The notes below the pieces were generated by a model that did not search any database, was not told where the DNA came from, and was given only the letters and a program-made list of their open reading frames with translations. A stretch of DNA of 32,000 bases. Source: Nitrososphaerota archaeon. Its GTDB lineage: Archaea; Thermoproteota; Nitrososphaeria; Nitrososphaerales; UBA57. Shown piece by piece: positions 1-8,596 of the stretch (its first letter is position 1; every line of letters begins with the position of its first letter). Position numbers and translations under genes: made by a program. The stretch is taken from positions 90,001 through 122,000 of the forward strand of contig VHBL01000003.1 of NCBI GenBank assembly GCA_016871995.1, given 5' to 3'.

Positions 1-317
1 GTTCCGCTTTCAACTATACTCTTTAATCGCTGAAATAGCTCCAGAACTTCCTGCTTCACTCTGCTGCGAATCTCCACTTTGGTTATAGCATCTACGATAG
101 CTTGTTCGTGCCTCTTTTGGAGCGTATCTAGAACTGCATTGGAGGACTCGCCCTTGCGCGCTTTTTCTACTATGCCCAGCAATTGGTCTGTAACCCCGTT
201 CATTGCTGAAGTTACAATTACTATGCTGCTGGAGTTATGCTTTACAATCTCCGCTACGTTCCTGATCTTCTTCCCCTCTCCTACAGAGCTTCCTCCAAAC
301 TTCATTACGAGTTTCAT
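1..317 (-). CDS. aspartate kinase, N-terminal part (gene continues past the left window edge)
   Basis: Absent from the ORF track because the window edge truncates it. The reverse-strand ATG at 317 gives MKLVMKFGGSSVGEGKKIRNVAEIVKHNSSSIVIVTSAMNGVTDQLL. This matches the KFGG(T/S)S ... V(V)SAM.G.TD signature of the aspartokinase amino-acid-kinase fold. It starts 3 nt after the hom stop codon. Confidence 0.8.
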   Translation of the reverse strand, partial: MKLVMKFGGSSVGEGKKIRNVAEIVKHNSSSIVIVTSAMNGVTDQLLGIVEKARKGESSNAVLDTLQKRHEQAIVDAITKVEIRSRVKQEVLELFQRLKSIVESG

Positions 318-320
318 TTT

Positions 321-1334
321 CTATATCACTCTCAGACTGTTCCTGATTTCAAGCAGGTCTCTGAGTATTGCGCTTGCAGTTTCCATGCCTCCAGCACCCT
401 TCCCTATGATCACCTGCTCCCCTGCAAATTGGGAAATGAACTTTACCGAATTTAAGGCCCCGTTTACGCACATGGGGTCTGCCTTCTTCAGTTCCACGGG
501 CTTCACGCTCAGATTCCCGTCTACACTCGCAATTAGCTTTATCGTTGAATCCTTGGCTCTTGCCTTCTGAATGTCCTTTTGTGCAACATCCCTTATCCCT
601 TTGATCTGAACATCCTTGATGGTTGTGGGGATGCCCATAAGAAAGTTGGCGAGTATGACGAGCTTGGCAGCTGCATCGAAGCCATCTACATCGAGCGACG
701 GGTTAGCCTCGGCGTACCCAAGCTTCTGGGCATTTACCAGCCCTTCTTCAAATGACACCCCATTCGCATCCATCTCGGTAAGGATATAATTTGTAGTACC
801 ATTTAGAATTCCTCTAACAGCAAGTATCCTGTCAGCGTCCAAGCAGCGCTTTCCAAATTCGAGTATCGGCGTTCCCCCTCCAACAGAGCCGCTGAACTTC
901 AGCATGACTCCGTTGTACCTCGCGAGCTCCATGAGGGCTGGAAATGCCAAAGCAAGGGGGCCTTTGTTTACCGTTATGACATTCTTCTTCGATTTTAACG
1001 CCTTCTCTATATGGGATATACCTGGTTCGCCGCTTTGTATGTTCGTAGGGGTAGCCTCGACTACTACCTCTGCTTCAACCTCTTCTATGACCTCGAGACC
1101 TGTTTTTTTCATGCTCTTACCTTCAATCTCAGCAACAGATTTTTTGTTCTGCTTCATCTCAAGAATCTTTGTAATGTCCAGTCCTGCTTCATCCATCGCT
1201 GCACCGCCAGTGTCCGTTATGCCAACTATTTTGGGATTCAGGCCATATTTTGCAATAAGCTCCCTTCGCCTCTCATGGAGGAGGCTGCAGAAACCCTGCC
1301 CTACAGTTCCCAGACCGATTATTACTATCCGCAT
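321..1334 (-). CDS. hom: homoserine dehydrogenase
   Basis: 337 aa. It has the N-terminal Rossmann motif MRIVIIGLGTVGQG and homoserine dehydrogenase-like central and C-terminal regions (LNGTTNYILTEM, KLGYAEANPSLDVDGFDAA). It lies immediately upstream of aspartate kinase. Confidence 0.9.
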   Translation of the reverse strand: MRIVIIGLGTVGQGFCSLLHERRRELIAKYGLNPKIVGITDTGGAAMDEAGLDITKILEMKQNKKSVAEIEGKSMKKTGLEVIEEVEAEVVVEATPTNIQSGEPGISHIEKALKSKKNVITVNKGPLALAFPALMELARYNGVMLKFSGSVGGGTPILEFGKRCLDADRILAVRGILNGTTNYILTEMDANGVSFEEGLVNAQKLGYAEANPSLDVDGFDAAAKLVILANFLMGIPTTIKDVQIKGIRDVAQKDIQKARAKDSTIKLIASVDGNLSVKPVELKKADPMCVNGALNSVKFISQFAGEQVIIGKGAGGMETASAILRDLLEIRNSLRVI

Positions 1335-1485
1335 TGCTGTAAGCCAGCATCTTCATTTGGCATGAATATTTGTGTATTCGTTTCGGCGTTTTGTCTGGCC
1401 ATCGGTTGTGCATACTCAGGTTGTTGCTAATAGACTATGCAGCTCCCTAAAGACTAATCAACCAACTCCTTGCATAATGATAAAG

Positions 1486-2331
1486 ATGGATAGCCGCGTT
1501 ATGCACATGTTCGAAACCTTCTTGGAAGAGGACTATAGGAGAGGGGACATCACGACTGATGCGGTAATTGCGAAAGGTCAGACTGCGGATGCAGAAATAA
1601 TCGCCAAGGAAGATTGCGTCGTTGCAGGGCTCGCAGAAGTACTCTTCTTTATGAAGCAGAAGGGGCTGAAGAATGAACAGAAAGTTTCTGACGGCAAACT
1701 GGTTACAAAAGGCACGGTAGTTGCAAAAGTGTCGGGAGACGCAAGGGAGTTGCTCGCTCTTGAGAGGGTCTCCTTGAATATTATCAGCCATCTAAGCGGT
1801 ATAGCGACTGCTACATCAAAGGCAGTTTCTATCGCAGAAAAGGCCAGAGAGGGCGTAAGGATTGCAGCCACAAGAAAGACAACTCCGGGCCTAAGGTTGC
1901 TGGAGAAGAAGGCCGTCATGCTTGGGGGAGGAGACCCGCACAGGGTAGACCTGCAGGACATGGTTCTGATAAAAAATAATCACATCGAGGTTGTTGGAAG
2001 CGTCAAGAAAGCAGTTCTTCTTGCCAAAAGGAAAGTAAGTTTCTCAAAAAAGATAGAGATCGAAGTTTCCAGTATTCAGGATGCGGTAGAGGCTGCCAAG
2101 GCTGGTGCAGACATAATTATGCTGGACAATATGCGCCCTGCTGAAATCAGGAATGCTGTAAGCGAGCTCAGAAGACAGAATCTGAGGGAAAAAATAGAGA
2201 TAGAAGCATCTGGAGGAATAAACTTTGACAACCTTGCCCATTATGCAAAATCAGGGGCCGATATAATTTCGATGGGAATGCTCACTCATTCTGCAAGGAG
2301 CATAGATTTCAGCATGCGTTTCAGGCGCTAG
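1486..2331 (+). CDS. nadC: nicotinate-nucleotide (quinolinate) pyrophosphorylase
   Basis: The ORF 1372..2331 contains EEDYRRGDITTD, a TRKTTPGLR motif, HRVDL and a C-terminal TIM-barrel region (IMLDNM, EASGGI), all typical of NadC. The first ~35 codons of the tracked ORF do not look like protein. Candidate ATG starts are 1477, 1486, 1501 and 1507, so the start is uncertain. Confidence 0.85.
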   Translation: MDSRVMHMFETFLEEDYRRGDITTDAVIAKGQTADAEIIAKEDCVVAGLAEVLFFMKQKGLKNEQKVSDGKLVTKGTVVAKVSGDARELLALERVSLNIISHLSGIATATSKAVSIAEKAREGVRIAATRKTTPGLRLLEKKAVMLGGGDPHRVDLQDMVLIKNNHIEVVGSVKKAVLLAKRKVSFSKKIEIEVSSIQDAVEAAKAGADIIMLDNMRPAEIRNAVSELRRQNLREKIEIEASGGINFDNLAHYAKSGADIISMGMLTHSARSIDFSMRFRR

Positions 2332-3872
2332 CGCTCGAGTATGAACGCTTTCTTCGGCACCGGAATCTCCTTTACGCTGTGAATGAGCATTTCACCCTTT
2401 TCAGCCACGCCGCAGACCCTGATCTCTTCGACAACCTTTTTTGCCCTTTCTATCTTTCTGGAGCTGGCAGAGTATATCGTGAATAATGACTCGCCTTTCT
2501 TGACACGGTCTCCAAGTTTTTTGTGGAGCACTATACCAGCTTCCTTGTCCTTCGGCGCACCCGCAGCCCTTGCAACTTCTACCAGAGCATTGTTATCGAC
2601 CCACTGCAGGTTTCCAGAATTGTTCGATCGCAAGTCAAAGGTACGCTCTCCAATTTCTATATCTTCTGGCCTGATCTTTGCATCTCCTCCCTGTTCGGCG
2701 ATGATTTCACGCATCTTCTTCTCAGCCTTCCCGCTCTTCAAAATTTCCGCAGCAATGGCAGTCCCGTTTTTCTTGCCCACCATTTCAAGCAGCGTTCCCG
2801 CGATGTGGCAGACCTTGTCTATCTGCTCAGGCACTGTCTTCCTCCCCATCAAGATCTCAAGGGCTTCTCTGGCTTCCAATGCAGGGCCTATTGTGTAGCC
2901 TATGGGCTGCTCGCCGTTTGTGACCGTGCACTGAGTCTTTATCTTGACGCGTCTTCCAAGCTCGATAAAATCTTTGGCTAGCAGGTCTGCCTCCCCTATG
3001 GTCTTGATTTTTGTCCCTCTTCCTGTAGGTATGTCGATGACAAGGTTGTCAACGCTGGCCGCACATTTCTTGCTCATGATAGAAGGTAACAGGAGAGGGT
3101 CGATTGAGAGTGGAAATTCTATCTGGACAAAGATATCATCTGCAGGAGCGAGTTCAAGCGAGCCTCCCCAGACAAGGCATCCGTTGGTTTTGTGAACTAC
3201 TTCTGTCATTTCGTCCACTCCAAGATTTACATTCATTAGAACCTCGGCCTTATCCGCAGTCCCTGCAGCAGATGTTATGGCTCGTGAAGAAGATTTGGGT
3301 ATAATACACCCAGCAGCTGCAAGAACAGGTACCAGCAAAAGACTGGTTTTATCACCAGGTACACCTCCAATAGAATGCTTATCGACCACAGGCCGCTTCT
3401 TAATTTTCAGGCGGTGACCCGTTTCTACCATAGCATTTGTCAGGCTCGTAGCCTCATCAAGATCAAGGCCCTGAATGTGCAGTGTAGTAACAAAAGATGC
3501 TACCTCTGCTTCCCTAAGGTTCCCTTCAACAACGTCCTTGACTATCTCATGAATTTCATCATAGTTAAGTTTCCTTCCTATTAGTTTGATCCTGATGAAC
3601 TGCAATGAGGATGGAAAAGGCGCAACCTCAATATCGACTCTATCGCCATCCTGTAGTTTCAATATCCGCCGAACTTCATCAAAGACCCCTACAGTACCAT
3701 TTTGGATCATCTTGGTTGCGATATTTACTATCGCGGTGATTTCTTCTCTACCAGACCTAACCCTTACTCTTGATGAGCCCTTAACGCCTAAATCTGCTGC
3801 ATCATCCTCGGTAAGAACAATGATGGGCTTTCCTGAATTGATTCCAAGAGTCCTTACGCTAAAGGATACCAT
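2328..3872 (-). CDS. AMP phosphorylase (archaeal thymidine-phosphorylase-family enzyme with N-terminal extension)
   Basis: 514 aa. The core is thymidine phosphorylase-like (DKHSIGGVPGDKTSL, SSRAITSAAGTADK). It also carries the ~85 aa N-terminal domain (LGINSGKPIIVLTEDDAADLGV...) that characterises archaeal AMP phosphorylases. Confidence 0.8.
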   Translation of the reverse strand: MVSFSVRTLGINSGKPIIVLTEDDAADLGVKGSSRVRVRSGREEITAIVNIATKMIQNGTVGVFDEVRRILKLQDGDRVDIEVAPFPSSLQFIRIKLIGRKLNYDEIHEIVKDVVEGNLREAEVASFVTTLHIQGLDLDEATSLTNAMVETGHRLKIKKRPVVDKHSIGGVPGDKTSLLLVPVLAAAGCIIPKSSSRAITSAAGTADKAEVLMNVNLGVDEMTEVVHKTNGCLVWGGSLELAPADDIFVQIEFPLSIDPLLLPSIMSKKCAASVDNLVIDIPTGRGTKIKTIGEADLLAKDFIELGRRVKIKTQCTVTNGEQPIGYTIGPALEAREALEILMGRKTVPEQIDKVCHIAGTLLEMVGKKNGTAIAAEILKSGKAEKKMREIIAEQGGDAKIRPEDIEIGERTFDLRSNNSGNLQWVDNNALVEVARAAGAPKDKEAGIVLHKKLGDRVKKGESLFTIYSASSRKIERAKKVVEEIRVCGVAEKGEMLIHSVKEIPVPKKAFILER

Positions 3873-3898
3873 TTTATGATATATGCTTATACCTGCCT

Positions 3899-4594
3899 CT
3901 ATTTAGAGGCTTTAATCCGAAGCCTTTTCTGCACGGCTTTGCCCGTCAATTCCCTTAGCGCATCACTTGCTATCCATTTGGCGCTTTTGGAATCCATCTT
4001 TTGAATTTCTTTTACAGTTTCTATGGCTAACCGATTGAGCTGAATATTGCGTTTCCCAATCTGCCTTAGAGACCAGTTCACAGCCTTTTTGACGAAGTTT
4101 CTTTCATCATTAACAGCAGCCTGTATGGCAGAAAGGAATTTTACAAATTCTTCGTCAGAGGATTTCTTATCGTGGACTGCCAAGTAGGCAATAAGGCTGA
4201 ACCCCGCTCTTTTGACGAACTCCTTATCGCTTTCGCTCCATTCTGCAGCCTTCTTGTAAGCAAACTTCGTTCTATCGAAAAGATTTCCGCAGCATTGATC
4301 GCAAATATCCCAGCTATCGATATCTTTGACCCAGCCATCCATCTGCTCTTCGCTGACAAGTTTCGGATCGTCTATTATGCTCGCCAAGATTCTAGCTTCG
4401 TGTATGCCAGAAGACCAGAGATTCTGTGCCAAAAGATGGTCTTTGCCTATCTGTTTGGCCATTGCCCTGATATCTGCAACAGAAATGCCGAGAGTGTTTT
4501 TTGGGCTGATACCGAACCTTGCCATCCCCTCTACGTTTTTGGAATTCTTCATTACCTTGAGCCTTTCAATGATGACGTTGTAGTTCAAGCTCAT
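3899..4594 (-). CDS. DNA alkylation repair protein (AlkD-like HEAT-repeat family)
   Basis: 231 aa. The pattern NVEGMARFGI...LGISVADIRAMAK...LWSSGIHEARILA...W..DIDSWDICDQ matches the DNA alkylation repair enzyme family (COG4912). Confidence 0.75.
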   Translation of the reverse strand: MSLNYNVIIERLKVMKNSKNVEGMARFGISPKNTLGISVADIRAMAKQIGKDHLLAQNLWSSGIHEARILASIIDDPKLVSEEQMDGWVKDIDSWDICDQCCGNLFDRTKFAYKKAAEWSESDKEFVKRAGFSLIAYLAVHDKKSSDEEFVKFLSAIQAAVNDERNFVKKAVNWSLRQIGKRNIQLNRLAIETVKEIQKMDSKSAKWIASDALRELTGKAVQKRLRIKASK

Positions 4595-4625
4595 AGCTGA
4601 GAAGGGTGGCTAGCTTATCTATGTC

Positions 4626-5105
4626 TTGTTTCTATGTGCTGTCGTGTCGAGTAAGGACAAGGGCATCTCCAAGATAATTATTGGGATATTGGGTGTAGTA
4701 TTACTAGTAGCTGCAGGTGGGACGATGTTTTTCACTGCGACCCAGACGCAACAAGCGGGGCCAAATGTAGAGATGCCAAAACAGGTTTCGAACAATGCAC
4801 CCCTAGAAGGAGCTGACCCTGCAAATAAGCCTCCTACAACTGTTGTGATAAAGGCTGTCAGCACCAGTGCATTCACGCCATCCTCCGTGAACATACGGGT
4901 TGGTTCTACAGCAATATGGGATAATGTTGATGACGAGATTCACACTGCTACGAGCGGGAATTTCACAAATGGTGACCTTCTCTTCCACAAGCAGCTAAAT
5001 CCCGGAGAGAAGTTTCAGTTCACGTTTGACAAACCTGGCACGTACTACTTTTCCTGCGTAATCGCATTTCACGAGATGTCAGGTATTATTAGGGTACACC
5101 CGTAA
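4626..5105 (+). CDS. membrane-anchored type-1 blue copper protein (cupredoxin)
   Basis: It has an N-terminal hydrophobic anchor (IIIGILGVVLLVAAGG), a Thr/Pro-rich linker and a cupredoxin domain. Candidate ligands are His in DDEIHTATS and C/H/M in YYFSCVIAFHEMSGIIRV. The true start may be the GTG at 4644 (MSSKDKGISK...). Confidence 0.75.
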   Translation: MFLCAVVSSKDKGISKIIIGILGVVLLVAAGGTMFFTATQTQQAGPNVEMPKQVSNNAPLEGADPANKPPTTVVIKAVSTSAFTPSSVNIRVGSTAIWDNVDDEIHTATSGNFTNGDLLFHKQLNPGEKFQFTFDKPGTYYFSCVIAFHEMSGIIRVHP

Positions 5106-5106
5106 T

Positions 5107-6162
5107 TCAAGTAGCCTGAATTTTGGCGCATATCACCTTGACCGGGTCCTCCATCCAGCCAAGAAGCTTAGCGGCCTTTGCTTTGATGACTTTTCTCCTG
5201 CTATCATCGGCAAGCAACTTTTTCGAAACTTTTACAACATCATCTACATTCTTGGGTTTCAGAACGAGCCCTTTTCTAATCAGAAACCTTTCAATGTCGT
5301 AGGTGCCCCTGAAAAACGATACTGTGGGAACTCCCAGCAGAGCTGCCTCAGCAGTCATCGTTCCTCCCATGCCTATGAAAATATCACAGTTCATAAGCAG
5401 CGGTATACCATCTACAATATTGTCTGGCACTATGATCTTATTGTCAAAGTTCTTCTGCAGAATTTCTATCTGTTCGGAATACCTCCCCAACGCAACAATA
5501 TTGCAATTGGAGAATTCCTTGACAAGTTTCGCTAGGAGCTGATATCCCTGCGTTTGTTTCTTGTTGCTAGTTTCAAGGAGGTATGCTGCAAAGCTCTCTT
5601 CGAGCCTTACGACGATCGTCTTCTTCCCTTTTTCCACCTTAACTTCTGGCCTTCTCTTAGAACGATCAACCCTTTTGAGCCATGCTGCGGGGTCTAAAGC
5701 TCTGTATTTTGTAATGTTATTTGCAGCTATACCGTACTTTGTCCAAGCTCTGGTTGGAATCACCCAAGGAGTGAAGAGTTCATCGCACAAGGGTACCGTG
5801 AGCCTTGCAACTGCTGCAGCATGGGGAGAGTCGGTAATGCAATAATTCTTGATGCCCAGTCCAAAGGCAACTCTGCAGCATTCTGGTGAACTGAACGATA
5901 CAGCAATATCAGGCTCTTCCTTGCTCACTAAATCTGCAAGTTTGCGGATTCGTTCTGCAGAGGCTACAAGTTTCCTGTAGAGGTCTTTGCCGCCGTGCTC
6001 TCCAATAAAATGACCAGCAATACCCCTCTTCTCCATGATAAGCTCAACTTCCCTGTACTTTCGTGATGTTACCAAGACATCGTTCTTCAAGCTGAGTTCC
6101 TTGATCAGGGGCTCAAAGAATAGAGCCTGCTTCGGAGTGAGTATATCGACCCAGACTTTCAT
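5107..6162 (-). CDS. DUF354 / COG1817 family protein (predicted GT-B-fold glycosyltransferase-like)
   Basis: 351 aa. The N-terminus MKVWVDILTPKQALFFEPLIKEL and the C-terminal GMGGTMTAEAALLGVPTVS motif are typical of archaeal DUF354. Its function is unknown. Confidence 0.7.
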   Translation of the reverse strand: MKVWVDILTPKQALFFEPLIKELSLKNDVLVTSRKYREVELIMEKRGIAGHFIGEHGGKDLYRKLVASAERIRKLADLVSKEEPDIAVSFSSPECCRVAFGLGIKNYCITDSPHAAAVARLTVPLCDELFTPWVIPTRAWTKYGIAANNITKYRALDPAAWLKRVDRSKRRPEVKVEKGKKTIVVRLEESFAAYLLETSNKKQTQGYQLLAKLVKEFSNCNIVALGRYSEQIEILQKNFDNKIIVPDNIVDGIPLLMNCDIFIGMGGTMTAEAALLGVPTVSFFRGTYDIERFLIRKGLVLKPKNVDDVVKVSKKLLADDSRRKVIKAKAAKLLGWMEDPVKVICAKIQAT

Positions 6163-6185
6163 GCATCATTTGCAGATTCGCCGAT

Positions 6186-6200
6186 CTAAATAAATAGAAA
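6186..6200. promoter_or_regulatory. single AT-rich TATA-like element in the 57-bp divergent DUF354/HMGR intergenic region
   Basis: TCTAAATAAATAGAAA is the only AT-rich block between the DUF354 start (6162) and the HMGR GTG start (6220). It lies about 27-31 nt from each start codon. Confidence 0.45.
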
Positions 6201-6219
6201 CCCTTGAACTGCTAGACTT

Positions 6220-7482
6220 GTGCAAAAGAGCTCTGCAGTTTCGGGTTTCTACAAACTTCCGCCCGAAGAACGGCTCAGATTCGTAAAAGAGTTTGCCAAG
6301 CTGACGGATGAAGAAGCTGCAGTCCTGCGCTCTATGCGCGCTTTGAGTCTTGAAGATGCTGACAAGATGATAGAGAACGTCATCGGAGGAATATCGCATC
6401 CTCTCGGAATAGCTGTGAATTTCCTGATAGACGGCAAGGACTACCTTGTGGCCATGGCCATTGAAGAACCTTCGGTGGTTGCGGCTGCGAGCAAGGCTGC
6501 CAGCATTGCCAGAAAGAAGGGCGGCTTCAGGACAAAATATTCAGGCTCCATAATGCGTGCACAAATTCAGGTCGTTGATGCAGACGTAAAGAAGGCCGCT
6601 AAGGCTGTAATGAAGGAGAAGAAAACTATCTTGAAAAAAGCGGCAGAGCAGAGCCCTACGTTGCTATCAATCGGCGGAGGCCCGAAAGATCTGAGGACCA
6701 GAGCCATCAAGACTCCTTCTGGTTCGATGTTGATCGTTGAATTGTACGTTGACTGCAGAGATGCTATGGGTGCAAATGCCGTAAACACGATGGCAGAAGC
6801 CATCACTCCTATAATTGAAAAATCTACCAGAGGCAAGGTTCTGCTGAGAATTTTAACTAACCTAACAACAGAGAGGATGGCATCCGCATCTGCGACCTTC
6901 GATAGGGAAGAGCTTGGGGGAGCTGACATCGTTGAGGGTATCATCAAGGCTTACCATTTTGCAGATTTCGACCAGTACAGGGCGACTACCCACAACAAAG
7001 GCGTAATGAACGGAATCATAGCTGTTGCGATGGCTACTGGACAAGATACTAGAGCGATAGAAGCTGGCGCTCATTCTTACGCAAGTATCACTGGACGCTA
7101 TAGATCGTTGACGACTTGGAAGAAAGATAGGAGGGGAGACCTTGTTGGCGGGATAGAACTTCCAATAGCAGTCGGAATAGTTGGAGGCTCTGCATCGGTC
7201 AATCCTTCTGCAAGAATTGCCCTGAAGATACTCGGTGTGAAAAGTGCTGGGGAGCTCGCTAGGGTTATGGCTTCTGTCGGTCTTGCTCAAAACTTGGCTG
7301 CTCTGAGGGCTCTGGTCGCAGAAGGAATTCAAAGGGGGCACATGCGGCTGCATGCCAGAAACATAGCAGTATCTGCTGGGGCCAAGGGCGAGGAAATTGA
7401 TAGGGTCGCTGCTATCATGGTCAAAGAGAAGGCTGTAAAGTTTGCCAGAGCCAAGGAGATTCTGGCCAAGATCAGAAAGTGA
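6220..7482 (+). CDS. hmgA: hydroxymethylglutaryl-CoA reductase, class II (degradative-type fold)
   Basis: 420 aa with a GTG start. Class II signatures are present: ENVIGG..PLGIA, EEPSVVAA, DAMGANAVNTMAE, GIVGG, and NLAALRALVAEGIQRGHMRLHARN. Confidence 0.9.
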   Translation: MQKSSAVSGFYKLPPEERLRFVKEFAKLTDEEAAVLRSMRALSLEDADKMIENVIGGISHPLGIAVNFLIDGKDYLVAMAIEEPSVVAAASKAASIARKKGGFRTKYSGSIMRAQIQVVDADVKKAAKAVMKEKKTILKKAAEQSPTLLSIGGGPKDLRTRAIKTPSGSMLIVELYVDCRDAMGANAVNTMAEAITPIIEKSTRGKVLLRILTNLTTERMASASATFDREELGGADIVEGIIKAYHFADFDQYRATTHNKGVMNGIIAVAMATGQDTRAIEAGAHSYASITGRYRSLTTWKKDRRGDLVGGIELPIAVGIVGGSASVNPSARIALKILGVKSAGELARVMASVGLAQNLAALRALVAEGIQRGHMRLHARNIAVSAGAKGEEIDRVAAIMVKEKAVKFARAKEILAKIRK

Positions 7483-7632
7483 TTCTGCCTGAACTCTGCA
7501 CGCCCCGATGCAGATTAGGTACCCCCTCCCCCGTATATGAAGCGGAAAATGGAGCTTAGATTAGAAGTAAATTAGGGAGGCGAATTCTTTTAGAAGGTTA
7601 CCTGTGATGTGTTCAATAGCAACCATCTGCAC

Positions 7633-8082
7633 TTATTTCTGGACGATCTCTTGCTCCCATTTAGGATAGACCTCCTTGAGGCTCCTAGGCATCTGATCCT
7701 CAAAGACCCTTTCAGCGTACCATTTCGAGCCAAAAGCTACGAACTGCATCAATATCGGGATAGCGTCGATTCCCTTCTCTGTCAAATCCCAGCGGACAAG
7801 TTTAGGGCTTCGCTTCTCCTCTGTACGCTTGATAAAACCCTCTTTCTCAAGCTCTTTCAACCTCATGGAAAGAATTCTGGGCGTCAACCCATTGATAGAC
7901 CTTAAGAGTTCGCTGAACCTCTGTATCTTGCGCATGCTAATATCCCTGATTATCAGAATAGTCCATTTCTTCCCTAGAACGCCAAGGCTCGTGGCAATAG
8001 GGCAGTTCTTCAATGACACTGCAGGTATAAGCATCTGGGCAAGCTGGGAAACTATCTCGGAGGTTTCCAAAACCTTCTTCAA
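7633..8082 (-). CDS. HxlR-family winged-helix transcriptional regulator
   Basis: CPIATSLGVLGKKWTILIIRDI...RFSELLRSINGLTPRILSMRLKELEKEGFIKR is the canonical HxlR domain. The start is the TTG at 8082 or the internal ATG at 8034. Confidence 0.85.
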   Translation of the reverse strand: MKKVLETSEIVSQLAQMLIPAVSLKNCPIATSLGVLGKKWTILIIRDISMRKIQRFSELLRSINGLTPRILSMRLKELEKEGFIKRTEEKRSPKLVRWDLTEKGIDAIPILMQFVAFGSKWYAERVFEDQMPRSLKEVYPKWEQEIVQK

Positions 8083-8107
8083 GTATAGTCGCTATACTTA
8101 GTATAGT
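8082..8107. promoter_or_regulatory. candidate HxlR operator: inverted plus direct repeats of AGTATAG
   Basis: AGTATAG-TCG-CTATACT is a 7-bp inverted repeat (8082-8098). A third copy, AGTATAGT, follows at 8100-8107 and abuts a TATATAATTAG TATA-like box. The site lies in the divergent hxlR/8173 intergenic region. Confidence 0.4.
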
Positions 8108-8172
8108 ATATAATTAGCACTATCATTTTTTTCCCTATCTATTTTTTATAAAAGCACGAGCTTGCAGAACCT

Positions 8173-8589
8173 ATGGTCTTCATAATTGATGAAGGGAGTG
8201 TCTTCAAAGCTCCACTGCAGAAGGTCTGGCAGCTCGGCCAGTCAGAGGGGATGCACAACCATGCCAGTATGTTGAATGTCAAGCGTACCATGGAGGGTGA
8301 GCACGCAGTCCTTGCCTATGATACCACGATGCCTGACGGAAATATGGCAAAGAATAAGGTTCGCATGACGCTAGTGCCTCCAGTAGGCTTCGTCCTAGAA
8401 TATTTGGAGGGGCCGTTCGCTGGGACAAAACTGATGCAATATCACATTCCCAAAGGCGATAAAACAGGCGTGACAGTGGTAGGAGAGGTAAAGTCTCCGA
8501 TGATACCAGAGTCTCAACTGAAGGGAATGATGCTGAAAGGGCTGGAAATGGCCTTCAACGAGGATCAAGAGAACCTCAAGAAGCTCTAG
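8173..8589 (+). CDS. small conserved hypothetical protein, possibly SRPBCC/START-like fold
   Basis: 138 aa with a clean ORF. It is divergent from hxlR, and a TTTTTTATAAAAG box sits ~25 nt upstream. The fold assignment is only an impression from size and beta-rich composition. Confidence 0.45.
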   Translation: MVFIIDEGSVFKAPLQKVWQLGQSEGMHNHASMLNVKRTMEGEHAVLAYDTTMPDGNMAKNKVRMTLVPPVGFVLEYLEGPFAGTKLMQYHIPKGDKTGVTVVGEVKSPMIPESQLKGMMLKGLEMAFNEDQENLKKL

Positions 8590-8596
8590 TGATACT

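Noticed and set aside
79-570. Plus-strand ORFs antisense to aspartate kinase and hom (79..570, 237..455, 904..1365, 1011..1430)
   Set aside because: They lie opposite strongly supported genes and have low-complexity shadow-ORF composition.
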